64,000 nucleotides of DNA from Candidatus Bathyarchaeia archaeon (GCA_035530195.1 DATKVG010000160.1:9830-73829), one strand, 5' to 3'. Shown: positions 24,329-37,738, counted from the stretch's first letter. Notes: generated by a model from the sequence alone, not told the origin. Numbers and translations: made by a program.

Positions 24329-27300
24329 TTACATTTGTTCTTCCTGAAACTCCGGCTCGTCGGGCAGCGGCTTCTTATCCATCTTTCCATCTTTTGTAAC
24401 TGCGCGATAGGCTCCGTTTGTTGCGGCGAAGCCGAAGTCGATGACTTTCCTTTCGGGGTTCCCGCGGCCTTCGATGGCGACCTGCCGGGCGTTGACGTAG
24501 AACTCGCCTTCGGATTTACTCCACTCGACGATCACGCCATCTTTGCGTTCGATGGCCGATTCGGTGCCGTTCGCCGTGGCGTAGAACCCGTACATCGGGA
24601 GTATGTGCCCGCTGGCGAGCGTCCAGTCGTCCGCGCCACGGTTCACCCAGACCTCGGCGCCGCGCGGGCGCGCGTTTTCCCACGTGACGTGCTGGCGGTG
24701 GATGTCGCCGCCGTCGAACTCGACGTCCTTCATCTGCGCACCGGCCAACGCCCGCATCAGGCCGTCCAGCAGCCAATATTTGCGCACGCCGTCGCGGCTG
24801 AACGGTGCAGGCGTCATGCCGGGGTGGCCGGTGAGGACCTCGGTGCAGATGTAGTCGTCGCTGTAAATGCCGTGGTTGGGCGCATCCAGCCCACCGCTGT
24901 ATCGCGAGCCGTAGCCGGCGCCGTGTAGGGCGAACCGGTCGTGGTGCGCGAAATCCAGCCACGGGATGCGCTCGGAGTCTTTGCATTTGATGCGCCACAC
25001 GGTCCACGGCGCATCTTTGGGCGGGTCGGACTCGACGCGCAGGTGGTTGGCCTGCGCGCCGTCGAGCGACCCGATGAGCTGATCGTGGCCGCTCTCGCTG
25101 ATCTGTGGGGCGTTGTTGCCGAGCGTTTCACGGATCCAATTGAACGCATCGGCCCAGGCGTCGCGCGTGTACTTGCGGTCGAGGAACCGGCCGTCGCGCG
25201 TCCACGAGTCATACGGGCCGATGGACGACCACACATCGATGAAATAGGCGGAAGCGGCGGTGTTATCGCGGACGAACTCGACGTTCTGTTCGAGCATCGG
25301 CCGGTACGCGTCCGTCAGCCACCGGTACGCCTGCGCGCCGCGGCCGGCGTTGAACCACCCGCGGATTGGGTAGCCGTCCGGTGTGAACGAGACGTTGTCG
25401 TAGAAGAAACTGTCGGCGTCGGGGTAGAGGTCGATGTAGTTGTCATGCAGGGCAAACAGCACGCCGTGATCTTTGCAGACCTGCGCCAGCCGCTGGAATT
25501 CTTCGAGCGTGCCGAACTGCGGGTTGGGCGGCCAGATCTCGGGCAGGCGGTAGTCATACCCCCACCGCTGCCAGTTGTGCCACACCACCGCGCTGTTCGT
25601 CATGCCGTACTCGAACGATTTGGCGAGTTTCTCCGCCGAATCCGCGTAATGGCCGCCCCACAGGTCGAACACGAACCGACCCGCCAGTTGAGGTATGCCG
25701 GGAGCGGGTTTCAGCCCGTTGATATCGCGCCACACTCGCACCGCGTCCCACACGCTGGGCGCGGGGATGAACGTCATGGTGTGGTCGAGAGCCCCGTAGA
25801 GTGTGTACCGTGTTGCCCGCGGATCGACATGCAAGCGCGACGGCGGCAAATCAACCGCCTGCACCATGCCGAATCCCGGGGCGAATTCAAAACCAACGAA
25901 CGAGGTTGCCAACTGGTGCCCGTCAAAACCCAGGTCAAACGGCTCCGGCTCGACGAGAACGTTCCCCAGCCCCGCGTAAACGCGCTCCGCGGGCGCGGTC
26001 CACGGTCCCACTGACACGTCTTCGAGGTACACCGCCGACCATGGGATCGGCGCGGGCGTGTTTTCGAGCTTGAAGACCGCCCGCAACGCCCGCCCGTCGT
26101 CAACGTACAAGTGCACGACCACGTCGAACGTGCCGCGGTACGACGAGAACGTGTGGCGGTACGTTAGGCCGTTGTCCGATGGTTCGGCGGCGGCCCGCGT
26201 CAGCGCGTTGAGCGCCGACGATTCCGCGATCGAGTCGTCCAGCACGCGTGCTTCGAACCCGTCGAACGCGACCACGGCGTCGCCGTTCCAAAACGCGATC
26301 TGCGCGTCAAGCAACCCACGCGGGCCCGGTGTCACCCGGACCACGTACCGCCGGCCATCATTCTGGATAGCGCCAAGCTCGATGGACGGCAGGGGAGTGG
26401 GGGCGGCGGGTTCTTTAATGGCGCCCGCGGTCACGGTTGGATTGCCCCAATACGACGCGTCGCAGGCGGTGTTGTTCTGCGGCCCCGGGTGCGATTCGAG
26501 TTGAAGCCGTATTGCCTGGCCCGCGAACCGCGACAGATCGACACCGAGTTCTTCCCATTGCTTCGCGGCTGAGTGGCGCTCGAACAGCACCTCGCCCAAC
26601 TGGCCGTCCGGCGCGTCAAACGGCGTCACACGCACGCGGAACGTCACGCCGTCGCTGAGGCCTTCGGCCTCGGTACTGTCGCGGATGGCGGTTGCGGCGG
26701 TGAATCGGGCCGGCTCGCCCGCGGGCAGCCGCAGCGGGAATTCGACCAGCGCCGTTCCGGCGAGGCCGTTGTACCATGGCGGGTGGATGCCGATCGCGTC
26801 GCGCGAGTCGGGCCGCTGCACCATCACGCCCGGTGACACCGCGGCGCGTGTCCGTTCTTCGCTGCCTTGCCAGCCCGCGGGCAGCACGACGGGCGGCTCA
26901 CCGTTCACTTGGATCACGGTGCGGCGGATGGGCATCCGCGCCAGCGACAATGAGCGCCCGGCGGCAACATCGAGCGGGCGCCAATCGGCCCCCGGTTGAA
27001 ACTGAACCGTGCCGCCCGCCAGACACTCGATTATGGCGACGGGATGGGCCGTGAGGCGCGCGCCGCCCGACTCGAAGTCGACGTAAGCGTGAATCGGGTA
27101 CAGCGCGTTGTACGTGCCCACGCCCGGCGTTACCTTGAACTCGACCGCTGTCTCCGCACCCGCAGACGCGGCCCACTGCGCCGATGCCGGCTCGATGCTC
27201 CAGGGATCGATGACGCGCACACGCACGGTGCCTGCCAGCGGAGTCTCGCCCGAGTTTTTCAGCACGACGCGCGCGGGCATAGGTTCGTTCAGCGCGGTTG

Positions 27301-27397
27301 CTGTTGCGGGGGCTTCGATTCGGGCCTGAATCGGCCCTGCAACGTCTTCGGGCGGGTTAAACGAAAGCGCAATCAACAACGCGAAAGCAGCCGGCAT
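24329..27397 (-). CDS. Large secreted putative glycoside hydrolase (GH101/GH129-like TIM-barrel signature), function unknown
   Basis: GGAGA SD and a short signal peptide. The central region VVWHNWQRWGYDYRLPEIWPPNPQFGTLEEFQRLAQVCKDHGVLFALHDNYIDLYPDADSF resembles the barrel of endo-alpha-GalNAc-ase-type enzymes. Confidence 0.35.
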   Translation of the reverse strand: MPAAFALLIALSFNPPEDVAGPIQARIEAPATATALNEPMPARVVLKNSGETPLAGTVRVRVIDPWSIEPASAQWAASAGAETAVEFKVTPGVGTYNALYPIHAYVDFESGGARLTAHPVAIIECLAGGTVQFQPGADWRPLDVAAGRSLSLARMPIRRTVIQVNGEPPVVLPAGWQGSEERTRAAVSPGVMVQRPDSRDAIGIHPPWYNGLAGTALVEFPLRLPAGEPARFTAATAIRDSTEAEGLSDGVTFRVRVTPFDAPDGQLGEVLFERHSAAKQWEELGVDLSRFAGQAIRLQLESHPGPQNNTACDASYWGNPTVTAGAIKEPAAPTPLPSIELGAIQNDGRRYVVRVTPGPRGLLDAQIAFWNGDAVVAFDGFEARVLDDSIAESSALNALTRAAAEPSDNGLTYRHTFSSYRGTFDVVVHLYVDDGRALRAVFKLENTPAPIPWSAVYLEDVSVGPWTAPAERVYAGLGNVLVEPEPFDLGFDGHQLATSFVGFEFAPGFGMVQAVDLPPSRLHVDPRATRYTLYGALDHTMTFIPAPSVWDAVRVWRDINGLKPAPGIPQLAGRFVFDLWGGHYADSAEKLAKSFEYGMTNSAVVWHNWQRWGYDYRLPEIWPPNPQFGTLEEFQRLAQVCKDHGVLFALHDNYIDLYPDADSFFYDNVSFTPDGYPIRGWFNAGRGAQAYRWLTDAYRPMLEQNVEFVRDNTAASAYFIDVWSSIGPYDSWTRDGRFLDRKYTRDAWADAFNWIRETLGNNAPQISESGHDQLIGSLDGAQANHLRVESDPPKDAPWTVWRIKCKDSERIPWLDFAHHDRFALHGAGYGSRYSGGLDAPNHGIYSDDYICTEVLTGHPGMTPAPFSRDGVRKYWLLDGLMRALAGAQMKDVEFDGGDIHRQHVTWENARPRGAEVWVNRGADDWTLASGHILPMYGFYATANGTESAIERKDGVIVEWSKSEGEFYVNARQVAIEGRGNPERKVIDFGFAATNGAYRAVTKDGKMDKKPLPDEPEFQEEQM

Positions 27398-27548
27398 AGT
27401 GATTTTCTCCGAGTTGGGGCCATAATACGCAATCCTGAAGAGGAAAAACAGCGAAGAAGTGGGCCAAATCGGAATTGGGCCCTGCGGTAAATCGCGCTGG
27501 AGCGCGTTAAAGCACGGCTCAATTTAGGGAGGCACGGCTTGCGTTTTT

Positions 27549-27557
27549 TGCTATAGT
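27549..27557 (+). promoter_or_regulatory. Candidate extended -10 element TGCTATAGT
   Basis: This is the same 9-mer as at 439-447. It lies 30 nt before ATG 27587, and the GGGAG SD sits between them. Confidence 0.3.
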
Positions 27558-27586
27558 GTTGCCGAAGTAAGCGGGAGTGCAGGCCC

Positions 27587-30643
<3,057 letters not shown>

Positions 30644-30730
30644 GCGCCCGGCCGTCCATTGCCCAAGGTCTTCCCCGATGTTAGACTACCCCGCAAGAAA
30701 AAGTGCGCGCATGCGCGGGGAGAACATGCA

Positions 30731-33700
30731 ATGGTTTTTCTCAAACCGTCAGTCGGCCTGGTAGTTCTCGCAATCATTCTCTGTGCAGCCGTTTCTCACG
30801 CGGATAAACAGCCTGCCGCCGCCATTGTCTCGCCGCCGGATGCCTCGCACTCCGAGCGCCTCGCCGCCGCCGAGATCCGCCGCTACGTCTACGTCTGCAC
30901 GGGCATCCTTCTTCCCATAGTCGACGCCACCCCCGCTTCCGGCGACGTGATCGTCGCTGCTACCGTAGCCAAAGGCCTCGCGCCGCAGGAATACACCCTC
31001 GTCACGCGGCAGGAAGGCAAGCGGCGCATTCTTCGGCTTGCCGGAGGCAGCGACACCGCCACCCTCTATGCCGCCTATCGGTTCGCCGAGCACCTCGGCG
31101 TCCGCTTCTATATGCACGGCGACGTCATTCCCGACAAGCGCGTCAAGTTCGAAATCCCCGCCGTGAACGAGCAGGCCAAGCCGCTGTTCGAGTTGCGCGG
31201 CATCCAGCCGTTCCACGATTTCCCCGAAGGCCCGGACTGGTGGAACACCGACCAGTACAAGGCCATCCTGTCGCAACTTCCAAAAATGCGCATGAACTTT
31301 TTCGGCCTCCACACGTATCCCGAAGACCGGCCCGCCGCGGAACCGACCGTCTGGATCGGCATGCCCGAACACTGCAACGAGGACGGCTCCGTCAACGCCT
31401 CGTACCCGTCCCTTTATTACAATACGGCGATGACGGCCGGCTGGGGGTTCGGCGCGAAGAAAACCAGCGACTACAAGATGGGCGCGGCCGCCCTGTACGA
31501 CAGGGACGGCTACGGCAGCGACGCCATTCGCGGGTTCGAGCCACGGCCCGAAGCCGATCCCGACTGCAACGCACTGTTCGACCGGACGGGCGTAATGTTC
31601 CGCGACGCGTTCGACCACGCGCGTGCGCTCGGGATCAAGACGTGCGTCGGGACGGAGACGCCGCTGGTGGCGCCGCGCCGGGTTCAGGCGCGGGTGGGGC
31701 ACGTCAATCCGGCGTTCGAGGTGCAGGGCGGCAACGTCGCCGCGTACGGCGCGCCCATCGAGGGCACCGAGGACGACGCCGTGTACCAGACGTGCCGCTG
31801 GAGCCTCAACGGATACACCTTCCCCGTTCCCGACGGCTCGTATACGGTGCGGCTCATGTTTTGCGAAACCCACTACGATATTCCCGGCGCGCGTGTGTTC
31901 AATGTCAGCGTGCAGGGCCGGAGAGTCATTGAAAAGCTGGACGTTTTCGCAAAAGTCGGAAAAAACGTTGCGCTCGATTACGCGTTTGACAACATAAAAC
32001 CTGTCGATGGCCGTATCGCCATCACGTTCGAGCCGGTCGTCGAGAACCCGTTCATCGCCGGCATCGAAATCGTGGGCGCTGACAAGACTATCAGAGTGAA
32101 TTGTGGTGGGCCCGCGTTGAAAGACTTCATGGCGGATACCGGGGACTTGGTTGTTGCGCCGGACGACGTGCAGCGGCTGTACGAGGGCATGTTCACCCGC
32201 ATCATGCGCGCGTATCCCATCGATTACTACTGGTTCTGGACGCCCGAGGGCTGGACGTGGCAAGGCACGAGCGAAGCCACGGTGCAGGCCACCATCGACG
32301 ACATTAACCTGGCGCGGGCAGGCGCGTCGGCCGTGGGCGCGCCGTTCCAACTGGCGACGTGCGGCTGGGTGCTTGGCCCGCAGTACGATCGCGCCCTGTT
32401 CGACAAGGTCCTGCCCAAGGACATGCCCGTAAGCTGCATCAACCGGCAGGTCGGCCACGAGCCCGTCGACCCGGGGTTCGCCAACGTCCAGGGGCGGGGC
32501 AAGTGGGCCATTCCGTGGCTCGAAGACGACCCCGCGCTCCACTCGCCGCAGCTTTGGGCGGGCCGAATGCGGCGCGACGCGTGCGACGCGCTGACGTACG
32601 GCTGCACGGGCCTGATGGGCATCCACTGGCGCACCCGGATTCTCTCGCCGAACGTTTCCGCGCTCGCGCAGGCGGCGTGGTCGCAGGAGTTCGACGACCC
32701 GCGGCCGTCGCGCGAGGGCGTCGAGGGCGGCGGGTCGGCCACCGCGAAGGCAAAAGAGTTCACGGATACCGACAACGACGCCCTCTACCGCACCGCCCGC
32801 AAAGACGTGAACGCCTACCATATCCTCGTTCCCAACGGCCGATACCGCGTCACGCTCCAGTTCTGCGAGCCGGAGCACGCCGAGATCGGCAAGCGCGTGT
32901 TCGACGTCAAGCTCGAAGGCGAGACGGTTCTAACGCGGCTGGACATCTTCGAGCACGTCGGCAGCGGCCGCGCGCTTGATTTCGAGTTCGGCGGAGTCGC
33001 CGTCAAAGACGGCCGGATGGACATCGAGTTTGTCAGGAGGGTCGACGTGCCGTGCATCGCGGCGGTCTCGGTTGAAGGCGCCAACGCCAAACGGCGGATC
33101 AACTGCGGCGGCCCGGCCTTGGCCGATTACGAAAAAGACCTCGAGCCAATTGACCTGTTTATCCCGGCGGCCGACTTTTATGCGGACTGGGCGCGGGCCG
33201 AATTCGGGCCGAACGTCGCCGGCAAGACCGCCAAGATTTTCGCCCGGATCGACTGCCACCTGCCGCGCCCGTCCGACTGGACCGACGGCCCCGGCGGGTA
33301 CCGGCCCGACAACGCGCCGTGGTCACGCGTCGAGAAAGACTATGCGTACGTCGACGAGTTTGCGGGCTTGCGCAAGAAGGTCAAGAGCCCCGGCCACCTC
33401 GATCGGTTCGATTACTGGCTGGCCAACTTCCGGTTCATGCGTGCGTCGGCGCGGATGAAATGCGCGTGGGGCGCGTTCAACAAGGCCCTCGGCAAGGCCA
33501 AACAGGCTCCCGCCGCCGAGCAGGCCCGGCTCGCGCGCGACGAGGCGGTGCCCGCCCGGGTCGAACTGGTTGGCGCGGTGCGCGAAATGTACGCCGAGTT
33601 GCTCAAAACCGTCAGCACCACCGGCGAGATGGGCTCGATCACCAACCTCGAACAGCACACGCTACCGCATGTGATCGAAAAGCCGGGCGTAGAGCTTGAG

Positions 33701-34051
33701 GCGCTGCTCGGCGGGCCGCTCCCGCCCGAAGCGCAACTCCCGGCCGATTACGCCGGCCCGGCCCGCATCATCGTGCCGGTCGTCCGCACCTCGCTCGAGC
33801 AGGGTGAGCCGCTCAACATCGTCGCCACCGTCCTGGCCGAGATGCCGCCCGGGTCCGTGTCGCTATACTGGCGGCCGCTGGGCCAAGGCGAGTTCACCGA
33901 AGTCCCGCTTGCTCACGTCGCCCGCGCCATGTACGCGACCATGCTGTCCGTGAATGAAGACATCGAGTACTACATCAAAGCCGCCGACGCCGTATGGCCT
34001 GCAACGGCCCCGGAGTTGAACCAGACTCTAGTTGTCGTTGCGGACAGTTGA
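30731..34051 (+). CDS. Large secreted carbohydrate-active protein with two malectin-like domains
   Basis: I prefer ATG 30731 (MVFLKPSVGLVVLAIILCAAVSHA signal). The two malectin-like segments are YTVRLMFCETHYDIPGARVFNVSVQGRRVIEKLDVF (~31.7-32.1 kb) and YRVTLQFCEPEHAEIGKRVFDVKLEGETVLTRLDIF (~32.7-33.1 kb). Confidence 0.6.
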   Translation: MVFLKPSVGLVVLAIILCAAVSHADKQPAAAIVSPPDASHSERLAAAEIRRYVYVCTGILLPIVDATPASGDVIVAATVAKGLAPQEYTLVTRQEGKRRILRLAGGSDTATLYAAYRFAEHLGVRFYMHGDVIPDKRVKFEIPAVNEQAKPLFELRGIQPFHDFPEGPDWWNTDQYKAILSQLPKMRMNFFGLHTYPEDRPAAEPTVWIGMPEHCNEDGSVNASYPSLYYNTAMTAGWGFGAKKTSDYKMGAAALYDRDGYGSDAIRGFEPRPEADPDCNALFDRTGVMFRDAFDHARALGIKTCVGTETPLVAPRRVQARVGHVNPAFEVQGGNVAAYGAPIEGTEDDAVYQTCRWSLNGYTFPVPDGSYTVRLMFCETHYDIPGARVFNVSVQGRRVIEKLDVFAKVGKNVALDYAFDNIKPVDGRIAITFEPVVENPFIAGIEIVGADKTIRVNCGGPALKDFMADTGDLVVAPDDVQRLYEGMFTRIMRAYPIDYYWFWTPEGWTWQGTSEATVQATIDDINLARAGASAVGAPFQLATCGWVLGPQYDRALFDKVLPKDMPVSCINRQVGHEPVDPGFANVQGRGKWAIPWLEDDPALHSPQLWAGRMRRDACDALTYGCTGLMGIHWRTRILSPNVSALAQAAWSQEFDDPRPSREGVEGGGSATAKAKEFTDTDNDALYRTARKDVNAYHILVPNGRYRVTLQFCEPEHAEIGKRVFDVKLEGETVLTRLDIFEHVGSGRALDFEFGGVAVKDGRMDIEFVRRVDVPCIAAVSVEGANAKRRINCGGPALADYEKDLEPIDLFIPAADFYADWARAEFGPNVAGKTAKIFARIDCHLPRPSDWTDGPGGYRPDNAPWSRVEKDYAYVDEFAGLRKKVKSPGHLDRFDYWLANFRFMRASARMKCAWGAFNKALGKAKQAPAAEQARLARDEAVPARVELVGAVREMYAELLKTVSTTGEMGSITNLEQHTLPHVIEKPGVELEALLGGPLPPEAQLPADYAGPARIIVPVVRTSLEQGEPLNIVATVLAEMPPGSVSLYWRPLGQGEFTEVPLAHVARAMYATMLSVNEDIEYYIKAADAVWPATAPELNQTLVVVADS

Positions 34052-34159
34052 GCCCTCCTAAAAGCGGCAGCAAGCACGCTAAGAGCAGTCGGACTCCATA
34101 ACCGGATTTGACTGGGCCTGGCTGCCCCGGCTAGCATGAAGTCTTCAGGAGACCGGTTC

Positions 34160-34774
34160 ATGGAAATTCTCGATTTCACGGTGACGCCGTTTTTTGTGAA
34201 CTGCTACGTGGTGAAATCCGGCGGCGAAGCGATTGTGATCGACCCGGGGGACGTTTCGCGGGATCTTTCCCGCTCCCTTACCGACGTCAGCGTGCGGATG
34301 ATCGTCAATACCCATTGCCACTGCGACCATTGCGGGGGCAACGCCGCACTCATCCGCGACACCCACGCCCCGCTCGCCATTCACGAAGAAGAGCTCCCGC
34401 TCCTGCGGGCGATGGAAGTGCAGGCGCAGATGTTCGGCATCAGCGTCACGCCGTCGCCCATGCCCGACCAGTATCTCAAGGAAGGCGACACCGTCACCGT
34501 CGGCTCGGTCGAGCTGAAAGTGGTCCATGCGCCCGGCCACAGCCCCGGGCACATCATGCTCTCGGGCGACGGGTTTGTTTTTGATGGCGACGTGGTGTTC
34601 GCGGGCTCGATAGGCCGCACCGACCTGCCCGGTGGCGATTATCACCAACTCATGCGGTCGATTCAGTCCAAAGTGCTGACCCTGCCCGATCGCACCGTCG
34701 TGTATCCCGGCCACGGCCCCGCCACAACGGTTGGCGAGGAGCGCCGCCACAACCCGTTCCTTACCGGACTATGA
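34160..34774 (+). CDS. MBL-fold metallo-hydrolase (hydroxyacylglutathione hydrolase/GloB-like)
   Basis: The motif is NTHCHCDHCGGN (HxHxDH). An AGGAG SD lies 8 nt before ATG 34160; the alternative ATG 34136 lacks an SD. Confidence 0.75.
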   Translation: MEILDFTVTPFFVNCYVVKSGGEAIVIDPGDVSRDLSRSLTDVSVRMIVNTHCHCDHCGGNAALIRDTHAPLAIHEEELPLLRAMEVQAQMFGISVTPSPMPDQYLKEGDTVTVGSVELKVVHAPGHSPGHIMLSGDGFVFDGDVVFAGSIGRTDLPGGDYHQLMRSIQSKVLTLPDRTVVYPGHGPATTVGEERRHNPFLTGL

Positions 34775-36750
34775 TGCCGCTGGCGGTTGTCCTTATAGGC
34801 GCGTTCGCTGCCGCGCCGGAAGTCTACGTCGCGATCGCGCCCGACCAGCCCGCCCCGCATATCTACATCGGCGACCCGCTCATCCTCGAGTTTCGCGCGG
34901 ACAGGGACTGCACGGTGTCCGTCGAAGCGGAGATTCGCCCCGAGTTTCCCGGCGACACGATAGTGGTCGAGCTCGGCGACATCCGCCTGCAGGCCAACAG
35001 CCCCCACTGGTGCACCATCGACAGCGTGCCCGACATCCGCGGCCGCTATTTCCTCACTACCCGGTTCAAGTATCCCGAGGGCCTGCCCGAACGCGCCGGC
35101 GCGTTCTGCCGGATTGACCGGCCCGGCCCCGGCCCCGCGCCGGCCGCGCCCGTGTGTGCCGCCGTCGACATGCTGACGGCTTCGCAGCGGCTCGCGCTCC
35201 TCACCGCGGGCGTCAAGGTTGTTCGAATCGATGTAACTGGCGAGGCCGATTATCCCAAAGTGGAAGCCGCGCTGGCCGTCCCGTTCCAGGTGATGGTGCG
35301 CCTGCGGCAGGCCGACCCGGCCCTGTGCGAAGCGGTTGCGCGACAGTGGCACGACCGGGTGTACGGCTGGCAACTCGACTCGGGCGGGTCAACGGACGCG
35401 TTTTCCCCGATGGCCAAAGCGCTCCGTGCAGGCGGCACGCGCAGCCCGATAGCCGCGGTCGTGCCCGACGCTGCAACGCTGACGGCGATGCTCGACGCGG
35501 GGCTGGGGAAAAGTATCGACGCGGTCGCGGTCGATCCCGCGCCTGCCGGCAACGTATTGCGCGAAGCGCGTGGCGCGGCCGAACGCGCCGGCTACGAGCG
35601 AATCGAGATCCAGGCCTGCATTCCGGCCCCGGCGCAGGATCAGCCGGGCGCGGGCGCTTTTCTGGCCCGGCAGGGGCTGGATTTGATTGCATCGGGCGCG
35701 TCGCTGCTGGTGTTCGACGCGGGGCTCGTCGCCGGCGACAGCGCGCTTGGACCGGCGTTCGCCTATCTTGACGCCATGGCCCATCTCCTGGCTGGCGCTT
35801 CTTACGTCGGGCCGCTTAACGTTGAGGGCGGGGCGACGGTTCAGGTGTTCCGCGCGCGGGACCGGTGGATCGTCGCCGCGTGGTGCGCCGCCGGCGAGGC
35901 GTCCCTCACCGCCGGCAAGGCCGAGGTCGCCGGCAAGGCCGAGGTTGCCGGCGAGGCCGAGGTCGCCATACCCTCGGAAAACGCCACTGCCCTCGATCTT
36001 CACGACGCGCGCAACAATCCCCTTACGTGTCCCGCGCCGGTGAACGGCGCCATCGTGTTGCGGGCCGGGGCCGAGCCGATGTTCCTGGCGGGAAAAGGCG
36101 GGCCGGTCTTACAGGCGACGGCCCTGAGCGAGGCGCGCAAAGAAGCGGAAGCATTCTGTAACTCGGAAGAGATTGGCAAACATGTCGTGAAAGAGGCGGT
36201 GGAAGTTGTCCGAAAAGCTAGCACGGTCGAGAGCAGTAAACGGGCCGATTTTTTGAACCTGCTCCAGGTTTTCCCGTACCTGGAGACGCAGTGGCACGCG
36301 GGGCCGATCCCGAGAAGCGTTGCGGTGCCGGCGCTGGCGCGGCTGGCGCGGCTGGCGCGGGCGCTGTGCGTGGCCGAGCATGAGCGGGGCGAGCCGTTCG
36401 TCGAACCGCTGCAAAGCACGCTGGCCTCCTGCGGCCAGTATCAAAGCCGGTACCTGACAGGGTCCGCGGGGCCGGATGATGGCCACGAACGGCCGGACTG
36501 GCTGCTCGACGAGGTGTCGCGCCTGATGGCCGAGGCGGAATCCCTCGCCAGCCAGGGTAGGACCATCGAAGCGAGCGCGGTCGGCGCGTTGGCCGAATGG
36601 CGCGCGCAGGCGCTCGAAATCTCCGCCAGGGCCGAGCCGCTGTCCGCGCCCGAGAAGGTGAAACCCGTGCCCGAGGCCAAAAAAGAGCAACCCAAGCCGG
36701 TCGAGCCGCCCAAGAAGACCACGTCAAAGAAGAAAACCAGCAAGAAATAG
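34771..36750 (+). CDS. Hypothetical protein with an N-terminal hydrophobic segment, an (AGKAEV)x3 repeat and a Lys/Pro-rich tail
   Basis: ATGA overlap with the MBL gene. I recognised no family. The C-terminus is PEKVKPVPEAKKEQPKPVEPPKKTTSKKKTSKK. Confidence 0.6.
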   Translation: MMPLAVVLIGAFAAAPEVYVAIAPDQPAPHIYIGDPLILEFRADRDCTVSVEAEIRPEFPGDTIVVELGDIRLQANSPHWCTIDSVPDIRGRYFLTTRFKYPEGLPERAGAFCRIDRPGPGPAPAAPVCAAVDMLTASQRLALLTAGVKVVRIDVTGEADYPKVEAALAVPFQVMVRLRQADPALCEAVARQWHDRVYGWQLDSGGSTDAFSPMAKALRAGGTRSPIAAVVPDAATLTAMLDAGLGKSIDAVAVDPAPAGNVLREARGAAERAGYERIEIQACIPAPAQDQPGAGAFLARQGLDLIASGASLLVFDAGLVAGDSALGPAFAYLDAMAHLLAGASYVGPLNVEGGATVQVFRARDRWIVAAWCAAGEASLTAGKAEVAGKAEVAGEAEVAIPSENATALDLHDARNNPLTCPAPVNGAIVLRAGAEPMFLAGKGGPVLQATALSEARKEAEAFCNSEEIGKHVVKEAVEVVRKASTVESSKRADFLNLLQVFPYLETQWHAGPIPRSVAVPALARLARLARALCVAEHERGEPFVEPLQSTLASCGQYQSRYLTGSAGPDDGHERPDWLLDEVSRLMAEAESLASQGRTIEASAVGALAEWRAQALEISARAEPLSAPEKVKPVPEAKKEQPKPVEPPKKTTSKKKTSKK

Positions 36751-36766
36751 CGCGAGGAGACAACCC

Positions 36767-37738
36767 ATGAACTGCATTGGAGTCCTCACCAGCGGCGGCG
36801 ACTCGCCCGGGATGAACGCCGCCATCCGGGCCGTCGTGCGCACCGCCATCGCCGCCGGGGCAAAAGTGTTCGGCATCGAGCGGGGCTACCAGGGCCTGAT
36901 CGAAGGGAGCATAACGCCGCTCGAGCTCCGGTCGGTCAGTGGCATCATCAGCCGGGGCGGCACGATCCTCAGGACGGCCCGGTGCCGGGAATTCTTCGAG
37001 CCCGAAGGCCGGGCCAAGGCCGCGGCACAACTCAAAAGCCACGGTATCGAAGGGTTGGTTGTGATCGGCGGCGACGGGTCGTACCAGGGCGCGGAAAAAC
37101 TCCACGCCGAGCACGGGATCAGGTGCATCGGCATGCCCGGAACCATCGACAACGATATCGGCGGCACCGATTTCACCATCGGCTACGACACCGCGCTGAA
37201 CACGGCCGTCGAAGCCATCGACCGAATCAGAGACACCGCCGCGTCACACGGCCGGATATTCTTTGTCGAAGTCATGGGCCGCCACAGTGGGTACCTCGCC
37301 ATGATGGCCGGAATCGCGGGCGGCGCCGAAGAAATTCTCGTGCCTGAAACGCCTACCGACATCAACGAGGTGGTTCAAAACATCCGCGACGGCCGCGCCC
37401 GCGGTAAGACCAGCAGTATCGTGGTGGTAGCCGAGGGCGATGATGCCGGCAGAGCCATCGACGTTGCCAAGAAGTTCGCCGAGGTCTCCGAGTTCAAAGA
37501 CTACCGGGTCGCCGTGATCGGCCACCTGCAGCGCGGCGGCACGCCCACCGCGTTTGACCGGATCCTCGCGGGCCGGCTGGGCGTGCGTGCGGTCGAGGCC
37601 CTGCTCGATGGCCAAACGGGCATGATGACGGGCGTGATCGGCAACGAGGTCGAGTTGCGCCCGCTGTCCGAAGCCTGGGAAAGCCGCACGCGGTTCGACC
37701 CGACGCTGCTGCGCGTCGCGCACGTGCTGGCCACATGA
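36767..37738 (+). CDS. pfkA: ATP-dependent 6-phosphofructokinase
   Basis: Motifs present are IGVLTSGGDSPGMNAAIRAVVR, VVIGGDGSYQGA, GMPGTIDNDI and MGRHSGYLA. Confidence 0.9.
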   Translation: MNCIGVLTSGGDSPGMNAAIRAVVRTAIAAGAKVFGIERGYQGLIEGSITPLELRSVSGIISRGGTILRTARCREFFEPEGRAKAAAQLKSHGIEGLVVIGGDGSYQGAEKLHAEHGIRCIGMPGTIDNDIGGTDFTIGYDTALNTAVEAIDRIRDTAASHGRIFFVEVMGRHSGYLAMMAGIAGGAEEILVPETPTDINEVVQNIRDGRARGKTSSIVVVAEGDDAGRAIDVAKKFAEVSEFKDYRVAVIGHLQRGGTPTAFDRILAGRLGVRAVEALLDGQTGMMTGVIGNEVELRPLSEAWESRTRFDPTLLRVAHVLAT

